A stretch of 64,000 bases of DNA from Oscillospiraceae bacterium (lineage in GTDB: Bacteria > Bacillota > Clostridia > Oscillospirales > SIG627), in contig SVRV01000008.1 of NCBI GenBank assembly GCA_015064635.1, forward strand, positions 12,770 to 76,769, given 5' to 3'. Below the pieces are notes generated by a model that saw nothing but the letters and a program-made list of their open reading frames with translations, did not search any database and was not told the origin of the DNA. Each line of letters begins with the position of its first letter. The stretch's first letter is position 1. The position numbers were made by a program, and so were the translations under genes. Below, one piece after another: positions 1 to 6,513 of the stretch.

Positions 1-182
1 AAGATATTCAGGGCGACTTCGCAGGTGATATCTTCGCAAACGAAATTGATCACTTCATCGATTGCATCAGAAATGACAAGACTCCCTCATCAGACATCGA
101 CCAGGCAGTTCAGCTTCAGGCAATGCTCATGGGTATCTACGAATCCTCCAAGGCAGGCAAGGAAGTTCAGCTTACATATTAA
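1..182 (+). CDS. Gfo/Idh/MocA-family oxidoreductase, C-terminal fragment (start lies upstream of window)
   Basis: Frame 3 is open from the window edge to TAA 180-182. The translation ...EIDHFIDCIRNDKTPSSDIDQAVQLQAMLMGIYESSKAGKEVQLTY resembles the C-terminal region of Gfo/Idh/MocA dehydrogenases, judged from memory of the family and not searched. A terminator hairpin follows. Confidence 0.45.
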   Translation, partial: DIQGDFAGDIFANEIDHFIDCIRNDKTPSSDIDQAVQLQAMLMGIYESSKAGKEVQLTY

Positions 183-194
183 GTTAAACGAAAA

Positions 195-238
195 CTACCA
201 CCCAATTCGGTTACGATTTGGGTGGTAGCTTTGTTGTT
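195..238 (+). terminator. Intrinsic terminator after the partial oxidoreductase gene
   Basis: Perfect 10-bp stem CTACCACCCA (195-204) / TGGGTGGTAG (219-228), followed by the T-rich CTTTGTTGTT. Confidence 0.7.
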
Positions 239-242
239 ATAC

Positions 243-273
243 GAAAAAAGCACACCCGTGAGGGCGTGCTTTT
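243..273 (-). terminator. Intrinsic terminator of tsf
   Basis: Hairpin GCACACCC-GTGA-GGGCGTGC with one mismatch. On the minus strand it is followed by CTTTTTTCGT, 12 nt after the tsf stop. Confidence 0.65.
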
Positions 274-284
274 GATAACTTTGA

Positions 285-1211
285 TTAGTTGCCTGCGAGC
301 TGCTTTGCAATTTCTTCTGCAAAGTTCTCTTCCTTCTTTTCGAGACCTTCGCCCTTTTCGTACATAAGGAATGCTTCAACCTTAACGTCTGCGCCAAGCT
401 CCTTAGCTACACTTGCGAGATACTGTTCAACTGTGAACTTCTCTTCCTTAACATATTCCTGGAGGAGGAGACAGTTTGTTGAATAGTACTTGCCAATCTT
501 ACCCATAGCCATCTTTTCGATGATGTTGTCAGGCTTGTTAGCGTTCTTTTCATCGTTCTTGATCTGAGCCATGATGATTTCCATCTCAGCCTTGATAACG
601 TCTGCGGGAACAGAATCCTTGTCAAGGTAAGCGGGCTTCATAGCAGCTATCTGGAGAGCAACGTTCTTTGCTGCTTCCTTGAATTCAGCCTTGTCAGCTG
701 CTGCGCTGTCAGCCATCTTAACCATAACACCGATAGAACCCTTACCGTGGATGTAGGAAGCGATTGTTCCTTCAAGAGTAACGAATCTTCTGATGTTGAT
801 GTTTTCACCGATTTCGAATACCTTGTTCTTGAGAGCTGTTTCAACGTTCTGCTCTGCATCGAAGGGGAGAGCGAGAAGTGCTGCAACGTCTGCGGGCTTC
901 TTGTCAAGGATTATCTTAAGAAGATCCTTAACGAATGCACCGAATACTGCGTTTGAAGCAGCGAAGTCGGTTTCGATATTAACTTCGATCATAGCCGCTG
1001 TCTTTGTAGCCTCGTCGTACATAATGTCAACGATACCCTCTGCAGCGATTCTTGATGATTTCTTATCAGCAACTGCAAGTCCCTTCTCACGAAGGATCTT
1101 TATTGCTTCTTCTTCATTTCCGTCAGCCTCTGTAAGTGCCTTCTTGCACTCCATCATGCCAAGACCTGTCTTAGCTCTGAGGTCTGCAACCTGTTTTGCT
1201 GTGATAGGCAT
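285..1211 (-). CDS. tsf: Translation elongation factor Ts
   Basis: 308 aa. The N-terminal UBA-like motif MPITAKQVADLRAKTGLGMMECKKALTEADGNEEEAIKILREKG is diagnostic for EF-Ts. It sits directly downstream of rpsB, as in the conserved rpsB-tsf operon. Confidence 0.97.
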   Translation of the reverse strand: MPITAKQVADLRAKTGLGMMECKKALTEADGNEEEAIKILREKGLAVADKKSSRIAAEGIVDIMYDEATKTAAMIEVNIETDFAASNAVFGAFVKDLLKIILDKKPADVAALLALPFDAEQNVETALKNKVFEIGENINIRRFVTLEGTIASYIHGKGSIGVMVKMADSAAADKAEFKEAAKNVALQIAAMKPAYLDKDSVPADVIKAEMEIIMAQIKNDEKNANKPDNIIEKMAMGKIGKYYSTNCLLLQEYVKEEKFTVEQYLASVAKELGADVKVEAFLMYEKGEGLEKKEENFAEEIAKQLAGN

Positions 1212-1260
1212 AACTTTATACCATTTGCCACTATTGGCAAATTCCTTTCTTTATTTTAAC

Positions 1261-2004
1261 TTATGCGTTTTCCTCTTCGGTAGCTTCCTCAGCTGCTTCT
1301 TCAGCCACGTCAGCAACCTGCTCACCCTGGTGACCTTCGATAACAGCGTTAGCCATTACTGAAGAGATAAGCTTGATTGCGCGGATAGCGTCGTCGTTGC
1401 CGGGGATTACGTAGTCGATATCGTCGGGATCACAGTTTGTGTCAACGATAGCAACGATCGGAATACCGAGCTTCTTAGCTTCTGCTACTGCATTAGCTTC
1501 CTTGCGGGGGTCAACGATGAATATAGCATCGGGAATACCGCCCATTTCCTTGATACCGCCAAGGTTCTTTTCAAGAGTTTCCATTTCCTTGGTAAGAGCA
1601 ACAACTTCCTTCTTGGGGAGCTGTGCGAATGTGCCGTCCTCAGCAAACTTGTAAAGTGTGTTGAGTCTTGCGATGCTGCGTCTGATTGTCTTGAAGTTTG
1701 TGAGCATACCGCCGGGCCAACGAGCGTTTACATAGTACATACCTGCTCTGAGTGCTTCATCCTTGATAGCATCCTGAGCCTGCTTCTTTGTACCTACGAA
1801 AAGAATGTTACCGCCGTTTTCAGCGATCTCGCGAATGAACATGTACGCTTCTTCAACCTTCTTAACTGTCTTCTGAAGGTCGATGATGTAGATGCCGTTA
1901 CGCTCTGTGAAGATGTACTCAGCCATCTTAGGGTTCCATCTTCTTGTCTGATGTCCGAAATGAACACCTGCTTCAAGAAGCTGCTTCATTGAAATTACTG
2001 ACAT
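1261..2004 (-). CDS. rpsB: 30S ribosomal protein S2
   Basis: 247 aa. [22 protein letters not shown] is the S2 signature region. AGGAGG lies upstream of the ATG. Confidence 0.97.
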   Translation of the reverse strand: MSVISMKQLLEAGVHFGHQTRRWNPKMAEYIFTERNGIYIIDLQKTVKKVEEAYMFIREIAENGGNILFVGTKKQAQDAIKDEALRAGMYYVNARWPGGMLTNFKTIRRSIARLNTLYKFAEDGTFAQLPKKEVVALTKEMETLEKNLGGIKEMGGIPDAIFIVDPRKEANAVAEAKKLGIPIVAIVDTNCDPDDIDYVIPGNDDAIRAIKLISSVMANAVIEGHQGEQVADVAEEAAEEATEEENA

Positions 2005-2113
2005 TTTAAATGTCCTCCTTAAAGTTTTTTACCACCACAGAAGCCTGTTTACGGGACATACCCAAGGTACGAACTGCCGCATTTCACCCCTGTGTGTGTA
2101 TTTTTACCGATAT

Positions 2114-2142
2114 AGTATAGCACACACCCTTTTATTTTTCAA
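2114..2142 (-). promoter_or_regulatory. Candidate sigma-A promoter of rpsB-tsf
   Basis: On the minus strand: TTGAAA (2142-2137), a 17-nt spacer, then TATACT (2119-2114). This leaves a 5' UTR of about 100 nt. It is overlapped by an 11-bp-stem hairpin (2117-2155), which probably terminates the upstream leuS-ORF275 transcript. Confidence 0.45.
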
Positions 2143-2185
2143 GAGTGTGTGCTATAAACTTTTATATTTTACATTTTATTCACAT

Positions 2186-3013
2186 TTAAGAGCGAAGTCC
2201 CTTGGTGAAAGGAGTCACATCAATGTACTTTGCCGCATTGTCATACCAGATGTGTGTGCTGTCGATAATGGCAACTGCAAGGTCAGCATCCGACTTGGTT
2301 GCCGAGCGGTTTGGCTGGGCGGCAATGGCGATTGAGAATTCATCCGAATTGAGTGCAACGGAAAAATATGTTTCCGAATATGAAGCAAGCTTATTTTTGA
2401 TTATAAAGCGTGTTTCGGGGGTTACATTTACCTTTTCGTTTGTGTCGAAAGCACCCTTACCGAAGGTCTTATAAACGTCCGCTGTCATTGTAAGGGGGAA
2501 GGAAACGGCTGTTGCGAAGGGAGTCTCCTCAACCTTTATTCCCCTTACTATCTCAGCATACTTTTCGGGAAGTCTTTTTGCTCCGTCCTCAAATATGTCG
2601 CATACAAGCTTGTCCTTTGTGAGGTTGTCGTAAAGCTTGTTCATTTTACCTTGAAGCTGTCCGTCGGAAGATGCCCAGCGTTCAATGTCCTTGTAGGAGA
2701 TGCCGTTTTTTTCGAGTATGAGAGACTCAAAAAGCGCTTCTCTTGTAGACATGAAAAGGTCAAGGTATTTCATTGCACCGTAGAAGTAACGGCATTCAAA
2801 GGCGGTTACAGCTCGATGCCTTTTATCGTCAAGCTCCTCTCTCTTTGCCTTCATTTCTTCGGCGCTGAGTGAAGCGTCTGCGTAGGAGGAAAAGCCAAGC
2901 CCCATCTTTTCGCCGAGCGCTATTTCTTCGAGCTGTGCCTCGTTCATATCGGGATATATTCCCGCAAGTCTTTCAATGTCGGCGGGTTCTATCTTTATCT
3001 GTTTTTCTTTCAT
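2186..3013 (-). CDS. Hypothetical protein (275 aa), coupled to leuS
   Basis: Long ORF on the same strand that starts 16 nt after the leuS stop. It has no signal peptide, no TM segment and no motif I recognise. Coding is supported by its length and operon position only. Confidence 0.7.
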   Translation of the reverse strand: MKEKQIKIEPADIERLAGIYPDMNEAQLEEIALGEKMGLGFSSYADASLSAEEMKAKREELDDKRHRAVTAFECRYFYGAMKYLDLFMSTREALFESLILEKNGISYKDIERWASSDGQLQGKMNKLYDNLTKDKLVCDIFEDGAKRLPEKYAEIVRGIKVEETPFATAVSFPLTMTADVYKTFGKGAFDTNEKVNVTPETRFIIKNKLASYSETYFSVALNSDEFSIAIAAQPNRSATKSDADLAVAIIDSTHIWYDNAAKYIDVTPFTKGLRS

Positions 3014-3029
3014 ATATTACTCCTGGACC

Positions 3030-5432
3030 TTATTTAACCACTATGTTGACTATCTTGCCGGGAACGTAGATTTCCTTAACAATTGTCTTGCCCTCGAAGA
3101 AGGGAGTGAAACGCTCGTCGCTCTTTACAAGTCCAAGCACTGTATCCTTGTCAGCATCTGCGGCAACGGTTATTGTACCCTTGAGCTTGCCGAGTACCTG
3201 AACAGCGATTTCGATTGTATCGTCAACACACTTTGCCTCATCCCATTCGGGCCACTTGGTAGCAGAGCAAAGTCCTTCTCCGCCAAGTCTTTCCCAAAGC
3301 TCTTCACATATGTGAGGTGCGAAGGGACAAAGAATTGTAACGAGAGTCTTAAGCTCGCAGGTGGTTATCTTTCCTACACTGTATATTTCGTTGATAAGTG
3401 TCATCATTGCCGCAATAGCGGTGTTGAACTTCATCTCTTCAATGTCAAGGCTTACCTTCTTCACGGTCTTGTGGAAGAGAGATTCAAGCTCGGGTGTTAC
3501 GCCGCAACCCTTTGCCATAGCACCGAGTGCTTCAACACGGTCAAGGAATCTCTTACAGCCCTTGATGCCGTTAACGTCCCAGGGAGCCGCCGCACCGTAG
3601 TCACCCATAAAGAGGATATAGGTACGAAGAACGTCTGCACCGTACTGGTCAACCACCTCGTTGGGGTCAACAACGTTTCCTCTGGACTTGGACATCTTTT
3701 CACCGTCGGGACCGAGAATAAGTCCCTGCGCTGTTCTCTTTGCATAGGGCTCTTCGGTGTTTGCCTCGCCGATGTCATAGAGGAACTTGTGCCAGAAACG
3801 TGAGTAGATCATATGACGGGTAACATGCTCCATACCGCCATTGTACCAGTCAACGGGCATCCAGTACTTCATCTTTTCGGGATCTGCTATGCACTTGTCG
3901 TTGTTGGGGTCAATGTAACGGAGGAAGTACCATGATGAGCCTGCCCACTGCGGCATTGTATCGGTTTCACGCTTTGCATCCTTGCCACATACAGGGCACT
4001 TGCAGTTTACAAATTCGGGAATCTTTGCAAGAGGAGATTCGCCACCCTCACCGGGCTCGAAGTTCTTTACGTCGGGGAGACGGAGAGGAAGCTCTTCCTC
4101 GGGTACGGGTACCATTCCGCAGTGCTCACAGTGAACGATGGGAATAGGCTCGCCCCAATATCTCTGACGGTTGAATGCCCAGTCCTTCATCTTGTACTGA
4201 ACACCCTCTTCACCGATGCCTTTTTCTTCAAGGTACTCAATCATACGCTTGATGGAGTCCTTCTTGTTGTCAAAGCCGTTGAGGAAGTCGGAGTTAACCA
4301 TTTCGCCGTCGCCTGTGTAGGCTTCAACCGAGATGTCACCGCCCTTGATAACCTCAATTATATCAATACCGAATTTCTTTGCAAATTCAAAGTCACGCTC
4401 GTCATGTGCGGGTACCGCCATAATAGCACCGGTACCGTAGCCCATCATTACGTAGTCTGCAACGTAAATGGGGATCTCCTTGCCGTTCAAGGGGTTGATA
4501 CCGCAAATTCCCTTGATTTCAACACCTGTCTTGTCCTTGTTGAGCTGTGTACGCTGGAATTCTGTCTTCTTCGCACATTCTTCCTTGTATGCTTCAAGCT
4601 CGTCAAAGTTTGTTATCTTGTCACGGCAACGCTCAAGCATGGGATGCTCGGGAGCAATTACCATAAATGTAACGCCGAAAAGTGTGTCGGGACGTGTTGT
4701 ATATATGCGGAGTGTCTCATCGGCACCCTTAACGCTGAAGTTTACAAATGCACCTGTGGATTTACCTATCCAGTTTACCTGCTGCTGCTTTACCTGGGGA
4801 AGGTAATCCACAGTTTCAAGACCTTCAAGAAGTCTGTCAGCATACTTTGTGATGCGGAGGTACCAAACGTCCTTTGACTTCTGAACTATATCGTTGTGAC
4901 AGATATCGCACTTACCGCCCTGAGAGTCCTCGTTTGAAAGAACTACCTTACAGTGAGGGCAGTAGTTTACAAGAGCTGTGTCACGGAAGGCAAGTCCCTT
5001 CTTGAAAAGCTCAAGGAATATGTGCTGAGTCCATCTGTAATATTTTTCATCTGTTGTATCAATTGTTCTTGTCCAGTCAAAGGAAAATCCTACACGCTTC
5101 AGCTGGTTTGTGAACTTCTCGATGTTGGCATCCGTAAGTATTCTGGGGTGTGTATTGAACTTGATTGCGGAGTTTTCGGTAGGAAGTCCGAAAGCGTCAA
5201 AGCCGATGGGGAAAAGGACATTGTAGCCCTGCATTCTCTTTTTACGGCTGACAACCTCAAGTCCCGAATATGCCTTTATGTGTCCGACATGCATTCCCGA
5301 GCCGCTGGGGTAGGGGAATTCTACAAGTCCGAAGAATTTAGGCTTGTCGGAGTTGTCTTGTGCTTCAAATACATGGGCATCTTCCCATGCTTTTTGCCAT
5401 TTTGATTCGATTTGTTTAAAGTCGTATGCCAT
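3030..5432 (-). CDS. leuS: Leucyl-tRNA synthetase
   Basis: 800 aa. Class I HIGH motif (PYPSGSGMHVGHIKAY) and KMSKS motif (GEKMSKSRGN), with the overall LeuS architecture. GGAG lies upstream of the ATG. Confidence 0.97.
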   Translation of the reverse strand: MAYDFKQIESKWQKAWEDAHVFEAQDNSDKPKFFGLVEFPYPSGSGMHVGHIKAYSGLEVVSRKKRMQGYNVLFPIGFDAFGLPTENSAIKFNTHPRILTDANIEKFTNQLKRVGFSFDWTRTIDTTDEKYYRWTQHIFLELFKKGLAFRDTALVNYCPHCKVVLSNEDSQGGKCDICHNDIVQKSKDVWYLRITKYADRLLEGLETVDYLPQVKQQQVNWIGKSTGAFVNFSVKGADETLRIYTTRPDTLFGVTFMVIAPEHPMLERCRDKITNFDELEAYKEECAKKTEFQRTQLNKDKTGVEIKGICGINPLNGKEIPIYVADYVMMGYGTGAIMAVPAHDERDFEFAKKFGIDIIEVIKGGDISVEAYTGDGEMVNSDFLNGFDNKKDSIKRMIEYLEEKGIGEEGVQYKMKDWAFNRQRYWGEPIPIVHCEHCGMVPVPEEELPLRLPDVKNFEPGEGGESPLAKIPEFVNCKCPVCGKDAKRETDTMPQWAGSSWYFLRYIDPNNDKCIADPEKMKYWMPVDWYNGGMEHVTRHMIYSRFWHKFLYDIGEANTEEPYAKRTAQGLILGPDGEKMSKSRGNVVDPNEVVDQYGADVLRTYILFMGDYGAAAPWDVNGIKGCKRFLDRVEALGAMAKGCGVTPELESLFHKTVKKVSLDIEEMKFNTAIAAMMTLINEIYSVGKITTCELKTLVTILCPFAPHICEELWERLGGEGLCSATKWPEWDEAKCVDDTIEIAVQVLGKLKGTITVAADADKDTVLGLVKSDERFTPFFEGKTIVKEIYVPGKIVNIVVK

Positions 5433-5690
5433 GGTATATCTCCTTTATGTTATGTTATCTTACGGTGTGTCTTTTGGGTGAAAACCGAAAATGAAATGGT
5501 TTTATATTTTCGGCTGTGTTCACTCCTACGCTTTTGTAGTGCGAACAAATCACTCCCAAAAGCATTTTTTATATTGTTGAAAACCTTTGGTTTTCTCCAT
5601 TAGTGAAAATTTCATTTTCTTCGTCCCTCCCTCGCACTGCTGTACATAAGTACAGCGACGGCTTCGGGATGAACGATTTTCCCTCCAAAA

Positions 5691-5733
5691 CTCCCACCTT
5701 TTGGGGTTTCGGGCACGGTGTTATTTTTGGGTG
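5691..5733. repeat. 43-bp perfect direct repeat, copy 1
   Basis: CTCCCACCTTTTGGGGTTTCGGGCACGGTGTTATTTTTGGGTG. It is identical to 5927-5969. The 3' part (ACGGTGT..TTTTGGGTGAAAACCGAAA) recurs a third time at 5462-5490. Confidence 0.9.
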
Positions 5734-5782
5734 AAAACCGAAACAATGCACAGTGCAAGGTGCACAATGCACAATGAAGGAA

Positions 5783-5922
5783 GATTTTGCTTTAGCAAAA
5801 TCAACCTTAACGTTTGCAAAGCAAACATTTCACGTGACTTTAGTCACATTTCACTCACCGAAGGTGAATTTCACGTTTTGACAACGTCAAAACATTTCAC
5901 TGCATAACGCACAGCGTTATGC
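5783..5922. repeat. Chain of six perfect hairpins joined by an invariant ATTTCAC linker
   Basis: The hairpins are: H1 GATTTTGC-TTTA-GCAAAATC (5783-5802); H2 GTTTGC-AAA-GCAAAC (5812-5826); H3 GTGACT-TT-AGTCAC (5834-5847); H4 TCACC-GAA-GGTGA (5855-5867); H5 GTTTTGAC-AAC-GTCAAAAC (5875-5893); H6 GCATAACGC-ACA-GCGTTATGC (5902-5922). ATTTCAC occurs at 5827, 5848, 5868 and 5894. Confidence 0.85.
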
Positions 5923-5926
5923 TCTG

Positions 5927-5969
5927 CTCCCACCTTTTGGGGTTTCGGGCACGGTGTTATTTTTGGGTG
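5927..5969. repeat. 43-bp perfect direct repeat, copy 2
   Basis: Identical to 5691-5733 and 236 bp downstream of copy 1. Confidence 0.9.
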
Positions 5970-6037
5970 TAAATAATTGATAGTTGAAAATTGATAATTT
6001 AAGGAAGATTTTGCGAAAGCAAAATCAACAATAATTG

Positions 6038-6121
6038 TGCATTATGCATTATGCATCGTGCATTGTGCATCGTGCATCGTGCATCGTGCATCGTGCATCG
6101 TGCATCGTGCATTATGCATTC
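6038..6121. repeat. Heptanucleotide tandem repeat (TGCATCG)n, 12 units
   Basis: The units read TGCATTA x2, TGCATCG, TGCATTG, TGCATCG x6, TGCATTA, TGCATTC. The period is 7, so it is not codon-compatible. It begins 10 nt 3' of the rsfS stop codon. A related TGCAnnn x4 patch lies at 5747-5774. Confidence 0.9.
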
Positions 6122-6131
6122 AATAAGGCTG

Positions 6132-6494
6132 TTATGCCAAGAGTGTACTGATATCTATATCCTCTGCATCTGCCCAGAGCTTTTCAAGGTTGAACTTTGT
6201 TCTGGCATCTCTGCTGAATATGTGCACGATAACGCTGTCGTAGTCGATTACCACCCAGTCAGCACCGCCTCTGCCTTCACGTCTTGTAGAGGGGTATCCT
6301 GCTTCGCCAAGCTTGAATTCAACTTCGTCCGCAAGGGCATTTATCTGTGTGTTGTTGCTTCCGCAGGCTATTACAAAATAGTCTGCTATTACTGTCTGAT
6401 TTCCTACATCAAGCATCTTGATGTTAAAGGCTTTTTTGTCGTCAAGTGTTTTTACAACCTTGTCGGCTATTTCTTTTGCTGTTATTTTATCCAT
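6132..6494 (-). CDS. rsfS: Ribosomal silencing factor RsfS (iojap family)
   Basis: 120 aa. DYFVIACGSNNTQINALADEV...WVVIDYDSVIVHIF is typical of RsfS/YbeB. Confidence 0.9.
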   Translation of the reverse strand: MDKITAKEIADKVVKTLDDKKAFNIKMLDVGNQTVIADYFVIACGSNNTQINALADEVEFKLGEAGYPSTRREGRGGADWVVIDYDSVIVHIFSRDARTKFNLEKLWADAEDIDISTLLA

Positions 6495-6513
6495 TTATTT
6501 GTTCCTTTCGGGA

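Noticed and set aside
2976-3803. Long ORFs antisense to well-supported genes. Examples: 2976-3803 and 4122-4877 versus leuS; 24116-24937 versus the secreted protein; 29051-29836 versus the GH28-like gene; 33625-34443 versus lgt; 34822-35421 versus folD; 54955-55515 versus the giant gene.
   Set aside because: Each lies fully inside a gene with strong motif evidence on the other strand. Each lacks an SD and translates to Cys/His/Val-rich low-plausibility sequence. These are typical shadow ORFs.
5433-5700. Expected T-box riboswitch upstream of leuS.
   Set aside because: I could not find the T-box consensus (GGGUGGUACCGCG-like) or a specifier-loop arrangement on the minus strand. The closest string, AAAAGGUGGGAG, lacks the ACCGCG half. 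A covariance-model scan is still needed, so this is reported as an open question rather than annotated.
5569-5907. ORFs 5569-5772 (-) and 5701-5907 (+) inside the leuS-rsfS spacer.
   Set aside because: They run through direct repeats and the hairpin chain, lack SD sequences, and have no recognisable protein features. The repeat spacings (20, 21 and 26 bp) are not codon-periodic.
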